A stretch of DNA of 64,000 bases. Origin: a candidate division WWE3 bacterium (GTDB lineage: Bacteria > Patescibacteriota > WWE3 > UBA101185 > UBA10185). A program made the translations under genes and the position numbers. Positions 54,520 through 64,000 of this stretch are shown here, piece after piece; the first letter of the stretch is position 1, and each line of letters starts with the position of its first letter. The stretch is from positions 155,971 to 219,970 of the forward strand of contig JAAZNV010000006.1 of the NCBI GenBank assembly GCA_012798115.1, in the 5' to 3' direction. Below the pieces are notes generated by a model. It was not told the DNA's origin and ran no database searches. It was given only the letters and a program-made list of their open reading frames with translations.

Positions 54520-54537
54520 TCTTTCCTCCTTTTTGTT

Positions 54538-54783
54538 TTAGCTTAGGGATTTCCTTAGCTCACTCAAATCTGGATAGGTTAAAACTCCTACTGAACCATA
54601 AGAAAAGGGACCGCTCTTATAGTACACTGCAACAAGCGGTAGCTCCTCGGAAGGTGAATCCTCAGGAATTACTAACACCACTTTTTTCATAAATGGAGGA
54701 AATATTGTTGATCCCCCTACCACCAAAAATTTTTTGGTTACTATCTTCTCCACTAACACCTTCTCCATCATTATTGCCTCCAT
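54538..54783 (-). CDS. Small hypothetical protein of 81 aa.
   Basis: The ORF is divergent from uvrB and matches no known family. Confidence 0.4.
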   Translation of the reverse strand: MEAIMMEKVLVEKIVTKKFLVVGGSTIFPPFMKKVVLVIPEDSPSEELPLVAVYYKSGPFSYGSVGVLTYPDLSELRKSLS

Positions 54784-54871
54784 GTTATTGTAGAATTATA
54801 TTATAGGTCATTAACGTGTTTGTGTCAAGCAATTATGCAAATAATACCCGAAACTATGTTATTATTTTTCT

Positions 54872-56887
54872 ATGTTTAAAATATCTTCTCCTTTCAAACC
54901 AACTGGAGATCAACCACAAGCAATAGAAAAACTAACTAAAAACTTAGAAAAAGAAATTAAAGATCAAGTTTTATTAGGTGTAACCGGTAGTGGTAAGACA
55001 TTTGTAATGGCAAATGTAGTACAAAATATTCAAAAGCCAACTCTTGTAATCTCTCATAACAAAACTCTTGCAGCACAGCTCTACCAGGAATTTAGAGAGT
55101 TCTTTCCGAACAATGCTGTTGAGTACTTTGTTAGTTATTATGATTACTATCAACCAGAAAGTTATATTCCTTCAACTGATACATATATAGAAAAGGATTC
55201 TGCAATAAATGAAAAAATAGATAAACTAAGATTATCTACAACAACATCACTCATGACAAGAAAAGATGTAATTGTTGTATCTTCTGTTTCTTGCATTTAT
55301 AACTTAGGGTCTCCAGCAGAATATAGCAAAGTAGCAATTGAGCTGAGGAAAGGAATGAAGTTAAGACTTAATGATTTGCTTATGAGGTTATCTCAAACAC
55401 ATTATGATAGAGCTGATTACGATTTTAAAAGAGGAACATATAGAGTAACTGGTGATGTTATTGATATTTTTCCAGCTTATCAAGATCAAGCAATAAGACT
55501 TGAAATATTTAATGATGTACTTGTAAATGTTTCTTATTTTGATCCCTTAACTGGAAATGAAACTAGGAATACATATGGTGTAGATACTGGGATGATTGTA
55601 ATTTACCCGGCAAAACACTATATAACTGCTCAAGAGAGATTCAAAGATTCAGTAGAAGATATAAGGAAGGACTTACAGCTTAGGTTAAAGGAATTAAGGG
55701 ACAATGGAAAGCAGTTAGAAGCATATAGGCTTGGACAAAGAACAAATTATGACTTGGAGATGATGCAAGAGCTTGGATATTGCAAAGGAATTGAAAACTA
55801 CTCTAGATATTTTGATGGCAGAAATCCAGGAGATGCACCATATACTCTTCTTGATTTCTTTCCTAAAGATTACTTGGTGATAATAGATGAGTCTCACATG
55901 ACGGTTCCTCAAGTAAGAGGAATGTTCAATGGTGATAGATCAAGAAAGGAAACTCTGATAAACTATGGTTTTAGACTTCCATCCGCTCTTGATAATAGAC
56001 CTTTAAATTTTAATGAGTTTTTAAGTAGAACAAATAGAAAAGTTTACGTAAGTGCTACGCCAGATGATTGGGAAATAGAAAGATCTAAGGGTGAAATCGT
56101 TGAACTTTTGCTTAGACCAACAGGAATTGTTGATCCTAAAGTTACCATTCTTCCCACTAAAGGACAGATTGATGATCTTGTAGAAAGAATAGAAGAAAAG
56201 GTATCAAGTAGACAAAGGGTTCTTGTTACCACTCTTACTAAGAGAATGGCAGAAGAGTTGTCCTCTTATCTTAAAGAAAAGAACATAAAAGTTACATATC
56301 TTCACTCTGATGTAGACACTCTTGAAAGAACAGATATTTTAGATGATTTAAGAAAGGGAGAATATGATGTTCTTGTTGGAATAAATTTGTTAAGAGAAGG
56401 GCTTGATCTTCCTGAAGTGTCTTTAGTTGCAATACTTGATGCAGATAAAGAAGGCTTTTTAAGATCAGAGACATCTTTAATTCAAGTTATGGGTAGAGCT
56501 GCAAGACATGTTCAAGGAGAGGTTGTTATGTATGCTGATAATGTTACTGGAAGTATGAAAAGAGCAATTAATGAAGTAGAAAGGAGAAGGGATATACAAC
56601 TTGAATACAACAAGGAACATGAGATAACACCTCAGCAGATTACTAAGCCAATAAGAGAAAAGTTAATAGATCAACAGTTAGAAGAAGAACTAGAAGGAAA
56701 GAAAAAAGACGCATTTATAGATGTAGATTTCAGACAACTTCCACCTTATGAACTGAGGAAAGTAGTGAGAAACTTAGAGAAAGAGATGAAGTATGAAGCT
56801 GAAATATTAAATTTTGAAAGGGCTGCTGTTTTAAGAGATAAAATTAGAGATTTGAGGAAGTTATTTAATGATGTTAGTGGTTGTTGA
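54872..56887 (+). CDS. uvrB: Excinuclease ABC subunit B.
   Basis: 'GVTGSGKTF' (Walker A), the beta-hairpin region and the C-terminal UVR domain '[14 protein letters not shown]' are present. Confidence 0.92.
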   Translation: MFKISSPFKPTGDQPQAIEKLTKNLEKEIKDQVLLGVTGSGKTFVMANVVQNIQKPTLVISHNKTLAAQLYQEFREFFPNNAVEYFVSYYDYYQPESYIPSTDTYIEKDSAINEKIDKLRLSTTTSLMTRKDVIVVSSVSCIYNLGSPAEYSKVAIELRKGMKLRLNDLLMRLSQTHYDRADYDFKRGTYRVTGDVIDIFPAYQDQAIRLEIFNDVLVNVSYFDPLTGNETRNTYGVDTGMIVIYPAKHYITAQERFKDSVEDIRKDLQLRLKELRDNGKQLEAYRLGQRTNYDLEMMQELGYCKGIENYSRYFDGRNPGDAPYTLLDFFPKDYLVIIDESHMTVPQVRGMFNGDRSRKETLINYGFRLPSALDNRPLNFNEFLSRTNRKVYVSATPDDWEIERSKGEIVELLLRPTGIVDPKVTILPTKGQIDDLVERIEEKVSSRQRVLVTTLTKRMAEELSSYLKEKNIKVTYLHSDVDTLERTDILDDLRKGEYDVLVGINLLREGLDLPEVSLVAILDADKEGFLRSETSLIQVMGRAARHVQGEVVMYADNVTGSMKRAINEVERRRDIQLEYNKEHEITPQQITKPIREKLIDQQLEEELEGKKKDAFIDVDFRQLPPYELRKVVRNLEKEMKYEAEILNFERAAVLRDKIRDLRKLFNDVSGC

Positions 56888-56945
56888 CTACACTTTTAAT
56901 TAGGTGTGTAATTTTAATGTAAGTATTTTGTGAAAGGATAGGCTT

Positions 56946-57644
56946 ATGGAAAAAACCGAACTTTTAAGTGTGAAAGAAATGAGCGAAATTGCTGAAAGAT
57001 CTGGAGAAAAAAGAGCTGAAAGAATAGGTGAATCTGTAGAAAAAGCGCTTGGAGGTATAAGGGAAAAAGCTTCTTCTATTGGTAAGAAAATTTTAGGGGC
57101 ACCTGAAGCTATACAAGCTCAAAGCGAAAAGATTGGAGCAAGAGTTTCGGATATTGTTAGAGATACATCTGATAAAGTAATTGATAGGTATAATAACTTT
57201 GTTGAAAGAACTACCGAGGCTAGGGATAGTTTTTTGGAAAGATGGAGGAGTAATAAAGAGAAAGCAATGGAAAAATCAGAGGCTCTTTGTGTGAGAGTTA
57301 CAAAGTTAGGGTTGTCTCCAGTGGCTTGGGTGGAAGAAAAAGTAAGTTTAGTATATGAAATTCCTGCAAAGATTCAAGAAAGAAAAGTTGCTGTTCAAAG
57401 TCAAAAGTTAAATGAGGAAAAGCTAAGGTCAGCTAAAACCATAGAGGAGTATGAAGGTTATATTAAGCAGTTGAGAGAAGAAATGAGAAATATAAAAGCT
57501 GCAGAGTTAGAAGAGGTAGAAGCGTCAAGTGGAATAAGAAGTGAAATAATAGCTGAAAGGAAAAAACATCAGTTAGAAGTTAAGAAGTATAGGGCTGCTA
57601 GAGATTCCTTTAGAAGGATAGGAAGGTTTATTGAAACTTTATAA
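56946..57644 (+). CDS. Charged alpha-helical, coiled-coil hypothetical protein.
   Basis: It is 232 aa and rich in E, K and R. There are no enzymatic motifs. Confidence 0.45.
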   Translation: MEKTELLSVKEMSEIAERSGEKRAERIGESVEKALGGIREKASSIGKKILGAPEAIQAQSEKIGARVSDIVRDTSDKVIDRYNNFVERTTEARDSFLERWRSNKEKAMEKSEALCVRVTKLGLSPVAWVEEKVSLVYEIPAKIQERKVAVQSQKLNEEKLRSAKTIEEYEGYIKQLREEMRNIKAAELEEVEASSGIRSEIIAERKKHQLEVKKYRAARDSFRRIGRFIETL

Positions 57645-57694
57645 AAGTAAACTATAATGCGTAGTAATTTAAAGAAAAGGAGAACTAAAACTAA

Positions 57695-58009
57695 ATGGAT
57701 AAATTATTAGAACTCAAAAAAATGATTGAAGAATCTCCAGTGGATAGTGTCTACAAAGAAAAAGCACTTCAAATTGTTAATGATGCTGTGTCAAGAGGAA
57801 GTATTACCGAAGAAGAAAAGACCATGTTAAGGGAAATGATGTCTCTTGGGGAAGATATCTCAGAGTTCTTGGAGAATGAACATGCTAAGGCAGCAGATGC
57901 CTTGGGTTCTTATGTTCAAGGTCTTGATCAAACTGAAGTCGAAACATCTAACGACGTTGAGCAGGTGTTAAGTGAAGGTGAAAAGCAGCTGGATGATTTA
58001 ACTCCATAA
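57695..58009 (+). CDS. Acidic small hypothetical protein.
   Basis: It is 104 aa and is followed by a terminator. Confidence 0.4.
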   Translation: MDKLLELKKMIEESPVDSVYKEKALQIVNDAVSRGSITEEEKTMLREMMSLGEDISEFLENEHAKAADALGSYVQGLDQTEVETSNDVEQVLSEGEKQLDDLTP

Positions 58010-58041
58010 TGATGATCTTGTTTCGTTTTGTTAGTGTATTT

Positions 58042-58076
58042 AAACCCTGATTAGTTACTTCAGGGTTTTTGTTTTC
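58042..58076 (+). terminator. Rho-independent terminator.
   Basis: A stem 'AAACCCTGA'/'TCAGGGTTT' with a 9-nt loop is followed by 'TTGTTTTCG'. Confidence 0.55.
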
Positions 58077-58097
58077 GTAACAATAGGACTTATAGTG

Positions 58098-58126
58098 TTG
58101 ACAAAATGTTGATTTAGCATTATAAT
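58098..58126 (+). promoter_or_regulatory. Consensus sigma70 promoter, TTGACA-17 nt-TATAAT.
   Basis: It has perfect -35 and -10 hexamers with a 17-nt spacer. The predicted transcription start is near 58133, giving a leader of about 220 nt before the CDS at 58353. Confidence 0.5.
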
Positions 58127-58352
58127 CTACATGTCTTTAAAAGAAAGAGAGTGCTACTAAAGGCTGTGTTCTCGGTCTTTTCTTGTTCTTTGACAATTTG
58201 TTGGAAGTCTCAGGCAGTTTGAATTTAAGTAGATTGAATTCAGATTGCCTGCGATTTCCATTGGCGGATGGATAAACGTAGAGTACCGTGCTCATATGGA
58301 TATATTCCTTCCAAGCACGTAAAAATAAAAGGTCTTGTACCTAAGGAGAAAA

Positions 58353-58937
58353 GTGAAAAAGAGTTTTGAGTGTACGTGGCTTGTTGGGGTTTTTAGTGTT
58401 GTTTTTGGGGAGGGGGTCTTGTTGGAGGCTTTGCTGTGGAGGAAGGGCTTAGACCCGGCGTCAATGATATTGGTTGTGGAGTTGTTTGTTTTAGCAGCAT
58501 GGTGTTTGTGGAAGGTGTTAAAAGTGGATAAGGGTCTTGTAAAACAGAAGCGGGAGTTTGATGAAGAAAATTTTAGAGCCCTAGAGTCAAGACTGTTCGA
58601 TGAAGCTCTAGAGGTGTACAAAACGCTGTTCAAAGGGCACAATCCCAACGCACCTGCCAAAAAGCTCCTTTGCACTCTCTGTGTTTCCATGTCTTTGAAG
58701 GAAAAACATGGGAATGAAGAGAGCTCAGTGATCTCGTTAGCAAACGAGATTTTACTTGGTATAAGGAATAATTCCTTCCCAGACTCAGATTGTGTGGAAG
58801 TAAAAGAAACTGACGATGGGATAGAGTTAAAAGCAGGGTTGTACTCTGTTACTAAAAAATATAATCAATATAGTAACAGTTTGGGTTCAGGTGCACGTAT
58901 TGTAGTGTATCCTAAACCTAGGTACAAAAAAAGTTAG
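58353..58937 (+). CDS. Hypothetical membrane protein with two N-terminal transmembrane segments and a soluble domain.
   Basis: A GTG start is preceded by 'AAGGAG' (the listed start at 58335 is a TTG). The first ~200 nt are G/T-rich and atypical of the flanks. Confidence 0.4.
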   Translation: MKKSFECTWLVGVFSVVFGEGVLLEALLWRKGLDPASMILVVELFVLAAWCLWKVLKVDKGLVKQKREFDEENFRALESRLFDEALEVYKTLFKGHNPNAPAKKLLCTLCVSMSLKEKHGNEESSVISLANEILLGIRNNSFPDSDCVEVKETDDGIELKAGLYSVTKKYNQYSNSLGSGARIVVYPKPRYKKS

Positions 58938-58976
58938 TAGTATAGCAAAATTGAGCCGCCACTCAATTAAATATTT

Positions 58977-59023
58977 CGGACCATTGTTGTTTAAAACACC
59001 TTGGTCCGTTTTTATTCTTTTAT
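58977..59023 (+). terminator. Rho-independent terminator.
   Basis: A stem 'CGGACCA'/'TGGTCCG' with an 18-nt loop is followed by 'TTTTTATTCTTTT'. Confidence 0.5.
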
Positions 59024-59049
59024 ATACCCAAATAAAACCCGTAGACAAT

Positions 59050-59073
59050 CTATTGACTATTCTAGTACAATAG
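59050..59073. promoter_or_regulatory. Near-palindrome 'CTATTGACTA-TTC-TAGTACAATAG' immediately upstream of uvrA. Candidate operator.
   Basis: It lies 8 to 31 nt upstream of the uvrA ATG. Related half-sites 'TTGTAGAAT' occur upstream of uvrB. Confidence 0.25.
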
Positions 59074-59080
59074 TTAAGTC

Positions 59081-62059
59081 ATGAAAGATGCTTTATCTCA
59101 CATCATAGTTAGAGGTGCTAGACAGCATAATTTAAAAAACGTTGATTTAGATATTCCTAAAAACAAAATGGTTGTTTTTACTGGCGTATCTGGATCTGGA
59201 AAATCTTCCCTTGCAATGGACACTATTTATGCAGAAGGGCAGAGAAGATATGTGGAAAGCTTATCTGCTTATGCAAGGCAATTTCTAGGTGTGATGGACA
59301 AACCAGATGTAGAGAAAATAGAAGGTTTGTCTCCAGCTATTGCCATAGACCAAAAAACAACATCCAAAAATCCAAGATCTACAGTAGGAACAATTACAGA
59401 AATATATGACTTCTTAAGACTTCTTTTTGCAAGAGTAGGACATCCTCATTGTCCAAACTGTGGTAGGGAGATACAAAGACAATCATCTGAAGAAATAACT
59501 CAAAAAGTGATGGAGTTGGTATCACAAGAGGCTGACTTCAAGACAGAAAGGGGAGTAAGATTTTTTATCTTTTCTCCTGTAATTAAAGATAGAAAAGGAG
59601 AATATTCAGCTTTATTTGAAAATCTTAAGAAACAAGGAATTATTAGAGCAAGAGTAGATGGTGATATTAGAGAACTTAGCGAGGAATTTCAGTTAATAAA
59701 AACAAATAAACATTCCATTGATGGTTTAATTGCCAGATATGTATTAAGTAGTAAGAAAATAAAAGATGAAAAAAGTAGAAAAGAGAACGAAAGCTTAATA
59801 TTTCAATCTATTGAGACAGCATTAAGACTTAGCAATGGTAGTGTAGTGATAACCATTGTTAAAGATAAAACATTTGACTTCAATGAAAATCCTAAAAATT
59901 TTAAAGATCATCTTTTTTCTGAAAATTTTGCATGCCCAGTTTGTAATATATCTCTTCCTGACATAGAACCTAGAACATTCTCGTTTAACTCTCCTCATGG
60001 AGCTTGCTTAGGGTGTGATGGAATAGGAACTCAGTTAAGAGTGGCAGAAGAATTGGTTATTAACCCTAGATTATCTGTAAATGAAGGAGGGGTTCTTCCG
60101 TGGACTAAGTTGTTTGAACACACCAGTTGGACTGGAAAAGTGGTAGAAGCAGTATCAAAAGAATATGGAATATCTTTAGATACACCAATTGGAGAGCTCA
60201 AAAAGGAATATAAAGATATCTTGATGTATGGAGTTAAAGAAAGAAGATTTAAGGTTACTTATATAGGCCAAGATGGTGCAAGAAGAAGTTTTGAAGCACA
60301 ATATGAAGGGGTAATTCCAAATCTTGCAAGAAGATATAAAGAAACCGAATCAGACTTTATTAGGAGCGAAATAGAAAAGTATATGATCAAGGAATTGTGT
60401 CCTGTGTGTAAAGGGGCACGATTAAAAAAAGAGTCTCTTTCTGTTGTTATTAATGAACAGCCTATTACTGAGATTACATCATTGTCTATAATAGATACTC
60501 AAGAATGGTGTAAGAAACTTCCTAATCTTTTAACAGATAGAGAAAATAAAATTGCTGGGACTCTTCTAAAAGAAATAAGTTACAGATTGAAGTTTCTTGT
60601 TGACGTAGGTCTTGGTTACTTGACGTTAAGTAGAGCATCATCAGAACTGTCTGGAGGAGAAGCTCAAAGGATAAGGTTGGCTTCTCAAATTGGATCAGGA
60701 TTATCTGGTGTTTTATACGTTCTTGATGAACCGTCTTTAGGGCTTCATCAGAGAGATCAAGGAAAACTAATAAAAACGCTTCATCAGCTAAGAGATCTTG
60801 GAAACACAGTTCTTGTAGTTGAACATGATGCAGAAACAATGCTTGAGAGTGACTATATCTTTGATTTTGGTCCAGGAGCTGGAGAACATGGCGGAAAGAT
60901 AATCGCAGAAGGTACACCAGAAGAGATTATGAAAGATCCCAATTCCTTGACCGGTAAATACTTGTCGAAAAAATTAATTGTAGGAAAGAATGGGACTTAT
61001 GAACCACTGAAGTTGGATGAACTCTTAGAAGAAGAAACAAACCACAAGATAAAAAAGAAAGTTGACGGAAGATTTTTAACACTAAAGAAAGCTTCAGGAA
61101 GGAACTTAAAGAATATTGATTTAAACATTCCTTTGGGAAAGTTTACATGTGTTACAGGAGTTTCAGGGTCTGGTAAATCTACTTTAATAATGGATACTCT
61201 TTATCTTGCTTTAAGACAAGAATTTGGCTTGAAAATTGAACAAAAACCTGAGCCTAATGAAGGATTAATGGGAGTTGAAAATATTTCAAATGTTATTGCT
61301 ATTGATCAAAGTCCCATTGGAAGAACTCCTAAATCCAACCCTGCTACATATACAAAAGTTTTTGATTTCATTAGAGATTTGTATTCACAAACTCAAGATG
61401 CAAGATTAAGAGGCTATAAACAAGGAAGATTTAGCTTTAATGTTAAAGGTGGTAGATGTGAAGCTTGTAGCGGAGAAGGACAAATAAAAATTGAAATGCA
61501 ATTCATGCCGGATGTTTATGTTACTTGTGAAGTATGTGGTGGTAAAAGGTACAATAGAGAAGCTTTAGAAATTGAGTATAAAGGCAAAAATATTGCTGAT
61601 GTGTTAGATATGACTGTAGAAGAAGGATTGAAGTTTTTTGAACACATTCCTCAGATTAGGAGGAAATTACAAACCTTATATGATGTGGGTCTTGGTTATA
61701 TAAAACTAGGTCAGCCTGCCCCAACTCTTTCTGGAGGAGAAGCTCAAAGGGTAAAGTTAGCGTTGGAATTATCAAAAAAATCTACAGGTAGTACCCTTTA
61801 TATATTAGATGAACCTACAACAGGTCTTCACTTTGCAGATTTGGAAAATTTAATTGCAATTTGTAAGAGATTAACTGCAAGAGGAAATACTATTGTTATG
61901 ATAGAACATAATCTTGATGTCATTAAAAACTGTGATTGGGTTATTGATCTTGGTCCTGATGGAGGAGAAAACGGGGGAATGATTCTTTTTGAAGGAACGC
62001 TTAAAGATTTAATGAATTGTAAACAATCATATACATCTCAGGCCTTAAAAGACTCGTAA
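59081..62059 (+). CDS. uvrA: Excinuclease ABC subunit A.
   Basis: Two ABC modules ('GVSGSGKSSLA' and 'GVSGSGKSTLI') are present. Zinc fingers 'CPNCGRE' and 'CEACSGEG...CEVCGGKR' are present. Length is 992 aa. Confidence 0.92.
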   Translation: MKDALSHIIVRGARQHNLKNVDLDIPKNKMVVFTGVSGSGKSSLAMDTIYAEGQRRYVESLSAYARQFLGVMDKPDVEKIEGLSPAIAIDQKTTSKNPRSTVGTITEIYDFLRLLFARVGHPHCPNCGREIQRQSSEEITQKVMELVSQEADFKTERGVRFFIFSPVIKDRKGEYSALFENLKKQGIIRARVDGDIRELSEEFQLIKTNKHSIDGLIARYVLSSKKIKDEKSRKENESLIFQSIETALRLSNGSVVITIVKDKTFDFNENPKNFKDHLFSENFACPVCNISLPDIEPRTFSFNSPHGACLGCDGIGTQLRVAEELVINPRLSVNEGGVLPWTKLFEHTSWTGKVVEAVSKEYGISLDTPIGELKKEYKDILMYGVKERRFKVTYIGQDGARRSFEAQYEGVIPNLARRYKETESDFIRSEIEKYMIKELCPVCKGARLKKESLSVVINEQPITEITSLSIIDTQEWCKKLPNLLTDRENKIAGTLLKEISYRLKFLVDVGLGYLTLSRASSELSGGEAQRIRLASQIGSGLSGVLYVLDEPSLGLHQRDQGKLIKTLHQLRDLGNTVLVVEHDAETMLESDYIFDFGPGAGEHGGKIIAEGTPEEIMKDPNSLTGKYLSKKLIVGKNGTYEPLKLDELLEEETNHKIKKKVDGRFLTLKKASGRNLKNIDLNIPLGKFTCVTGVSGSGKSTLIMDTLYLALRQEFGLKIEQKPEPNEGLMGVENISNVIAIDQSPIGRTPKSNPATYTKVFDFIRDLYSQTQDARLRGYKQGRFSFNVKGGRCEACSGEGQIKIEMQFMPDVYVTCEVCGGKRYNREALEIEYKGKNIADVLDMTVEEGLKFFEHIPQIRRKLQTLYDVGLGYIKLGQPAPTLSGGEAQRVKLALELSKKSTGSTLYILDEPTTGLHFADLENLIAICKRLTARGNTIVMIEHNLDVIKNCDWVIDLGPDGGENGGMILFEGTLKDLMNCKQSYTSQALKDS

Positions 62060-62066
62060 GAAAAAG

Positions 62067-62098
62067 AAAGCAGCTTACTTTAGTGAATAAGCTGCTTT
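62067..62098. terminator. Hairpin terminator between convergent uvrA and the gene at 62104. Probably bidirectional.
   Basis: An 11-bp stem 'AAAGCAGCTTA'/'TAAGCTGCTTT' is flanked by T-rich sequence on the minus strand. Confidence 0.5.
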
Positions 62099-62103
62099 AT
62101 ATA

Positions 62104-62412
62104 TTACAAAAATAAATCTTCACAATTGAACTCAATCCTTGGTTTTGAGTTGCACACCATAATAGTTCGTAATTGACTGTTCCACTTGACAAGAACCAAC
62201 TCATGTGAAGATGTTATCTTATGTACTAGATCCTCAATATTTATTTGCTCCTCAGGTTCTACAGAAAACTCAATTGCTTTTTGAGTACCTCCACAAATGT
62301 TAGACATCAACCTTATCTTATTTGAAATTCTCTTATTCATCTTGTTTTGCATGCGTTTTGATAGTAGTGGCTTTTTAGGTCTTTTACCCTTTTCCTCCTG
62401 ATGCTTTTTCAT
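62104..62412 (-). CDS. Small hypothetical protein with a basic N-terminus.
   Basis: It is 102 aa and begins 'KKHQEEKGKRPKKPLLSKRMQNKMNKR'. It lies downstream of the transglutaminase-like gene. Confidence 0.4.
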   Translation of the reverse strand: MKKHQEEKGKRPKKPLLSKRMQNKMNKRISNKIRLMSNICGGTQKAIEFSVEPEEQINIEDLVHKITSSHELVLVKWNSQLRTIMVCNSKPRIEFNCEDLFL

Positions 62413-62466
62413 TTTCCTCTCCCATCTTGCTTGCTTTGTTCTTATTTTAACACTGTAGAAGTCCTT

Positions 62467-64000
62467 TTATAAAGATTCTAAACCTTGAGAGTATTTGTTA
62501 CCATTTATATCTTCAAAGTTTATTTCTTTTTGATTTCTTCTAATATATATGGTTGTTGAAGATTTAATTGGGAGTGTTTTGTCATTAAGTTTATATACAA
62601 ACACATCTCCAATGTTGGTAACTTTTACTTTTGAGTACCCTTTTAAAGTTCTTATTACGTTTAAGTTCAAGATCTTTTTGACTTCAATTTTTGGCTTAAA
62701 ATCATCTTCTACTATGCTTTGAGAAAGAGCTGATTCTATCAACTTTTCATTATCAGAAAATCTATATGCTCCTGCAGGAAATGGATACTCTGAACTTAAT
62801 CCTTTAACTACAAAACTAAAATGATTTGTATCCAGCTTTGTAAAATAGTCAATCCCTGATGTTGTGCCCCATGTTGGATCTACTTGGATCCACCCATAAT
62901 AAGGGTCATAAAATTCTGCCCATGCATGAAGTAAATCTCCACCCTTTAAATTTATAGATACAGGTTTATTGCTTTCTTCTGATGTAAAAGCATAACCATT
63001 TACTTCTCTTGCAGGTATACCCATTGCTCTTGCTGTGGCGATAAAAAGATCTGTAAATTCCATGCAAGTCCAACTTCCTTTTTGAGTTAATGCTGCTTCA
63101 GCTCCTTTTCTTTCTACTAATCCTTGTTCTGAGGCATTGAAATCATAAGTTAAATTTTGAGTAATAAATTGATAAATTTTTTGTGCATTTTTGATAACAT
63201 TTAAATTTTCATCCTTTAATTGTTGAGACAGCTTTTGAACATAAGGAGAGTTAACCTCCCAGTACTTTTGTTCTTTTGTATATTTATTAGCTAGATCTTT
63301 TGGTATTTCAGAAAAGCTCCTTCCAAAGTCAGGATTAATTTGCTTTCCAAATAACTTTGCAGTTCCCATTACTTCTATCCTTAATTCTTTAAGCGGTGGT
63401 GTGATATAAGTAGCAATTACATTTCCATCTTTATCTAGCTTGATGCGAAAAGGTTTAGGATTAATGCTTTTATAACTTACGCTTTGCATGCTAATTATAT
63501 CCGAAGGTAATGCAATCTCCTTTAACAAAGGCAAAATTGAAGAGTTTTTAAGTTGATACTTAAGTTTAAAATTTAATGGTTGGTATTCCCCAAAAGCAGC
63601 ACTAATACCGTTTGTTTTGAATATTTCTTTAGTAAAGTAAAAAGTGTTATTGCTTCCTTCTTTTTTTTCTATGACAGGAGTAGGGGATAAGTAAATTTTT
63701 GATCCAAATGATATGGGGATCAAAAGTTTAACATCATATTTTGTAGTAGTATCAGGTATTTGTATCTTTGGAACATATATATTCCAGATTTTTCCCGTCT
63801 TAGTTGCAATGTTTTTTGTTTTGTAGCTTAACTTAATTTCATTTTGTCTTCCTTCTCCAATTGCATAATTGCTTATTGTTACTGATATTAAAGTTTCGCC
63901 ATTTTTATCCTCTGTTCTTACTTGAGAGCTTTTATTATTTGTTTCTGCTTCAACATCGTAAATCTCAAGTTGTTTAGTGGCAAATGTATAAGTAGTTGGG
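62467..64000 (-). CDS. Transglutaminase-like cysteine-protease-fold protein, partial (the N-terminus lies beyond the window end).
   Basis: 'GSWTCMEFTDLFIATARAMGIPAR' (catalytic Cys) and '...HAWAEFYDPYYGWIQVDPT' (His/Asp) are present. The listed start at 63723 is a TTG and the frame stays open to position 64000. Confidence 0.6.
   Translation of the reverse strand, partial: PTTYTFATKQLEIYDVEAETNNKSSQVRTEDKNGETLISVTISNYAIGEGRQNEIKLSYKTKNIATKTGKIWNIYVPKIQIPDTTTKYDVKLLIPISFGSKIYLSPTPVIEKKEGSNNTFYFTKEIFKTNGISAAFGEYQPLNFKLKYQLKNSSILPLLKEIALPSDIISMQSVSYKSINPKPFRIKLDKDGNVIATYITPPLKELRIEVMGTAKLFGKQINPDFGRSFSEIPKDLANKYTKEQKYWEVNSPYVQKLSQQLKDENLNVIKNAQKIYQFITQNLTYDFNASEQGLVERKGAEAALTQKGSWTCMEFTDLFIATARAMGIPAREVNGYAFTSEESNKPVSINLKGGDLLHAWAEFYDPYYGWIQVDPTWGTTSGIDYFTKLDTNHFSFVVKGLSSEYPFPAGAYRFSDNEKLIESALSQSIVEDDFKPKIEVKKILNLNVIRTLKGYSKVKVTNIGDVFVYKLNDKTLPIKSSTTIYIRRNQKEINFEDINGNKYSQGLESL

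Noticed and set aside
54268-54783. The two small genes upstream of lexA being one frameshifted gene.
   Set aside because: They are in different frames. However, the second has its own strong Shine-Dalgarno (AAGGAGG) and a TTG start immediately after the first gene's stop. I treated them as separate genes.
58292-58690. A minus-strand 132-aa ORF overlapping the promoter, leader and membrane-protein gene.
   Set aside because: It runs antisense across a consensus promoter and a plus-strand gene that has a ribosome-binding site, so it is probably spurious.
1-64000. CRISPR arrays and tRNA or rRNA genes.
   Set aside because: By eye there are no regularly spaced repeats of 25 to 40 nt. No intergenic region shows GC-rich cloverleaf-like stems. 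All hairpins found are better explained as terminators.

Overview
This 64-kb window comes from a low-GC genome, about one third G+C by eye. Many genes lack a clear Shine-Dalgarno sequence and several use TTG or GTG starts. A candidate-phyla-radiation (Patescibacteria-like) or other AT-rich uncultivated bacterium is plausible, but that is inference only.

Positions 1 to about 40.3 kb hold one very large cell-envelope glycan biosynthesis locus. It contains about 16 glycosyltransferases of the GT2 and GT4/GT-B types, and five class-I SAM methyltransferases, four of them almost contiguous. It also contains a B12-binding radical-SAM enzyme, dTDP-rhamnose genes rmlB, rmlC and rmlD (no rmlA in the window), a Wzx-type flippase and a PglC/WbaP-type priming sugar transferase. 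There is a run of large polytopic, GT-C-like membrane proteins, including a 951-aa fusion of an O-antigen-ligase-like domain with an ArnT/PMT-type GT-C domain.

This locus is interrupted at about 20.04 to 22.97 kb by a compositionally distinct (higher-GC) cassette of four genes on the minus strand. These encode a MerR-HTH fused to a GHKL (RsbW-like) kinase/ATPase, a small STAS-like (DUF4325-like) partner, a protein with a C-terminal SEC-C zinc motif, and a membrane-anchored coiled-coil protein. A triple direct repeat lies upstream of the cassette, and a short repeated element follows each of the last three genes. I consider this the best candidate for an undescribed regulatory, stress or defence module.

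Positions 40.4 to 64 kb are mostly housekeeping: recO, glyQS, a truncated dcw cluster (mraZ-rsmH-ftsL-ftsI) with MraZ-box-like repeats, a two-component pair, ppsA and eno. They also include a DedA::histidine-phosphatase fusion, a tandem tautomerase-like gene, lexA flanked by uvrB and uvrA with several small uncharacterised genes, and a partial transglutaminase-like gene. No rRNA, tRNA, CRISPR array, integrase or transposase was recognised.
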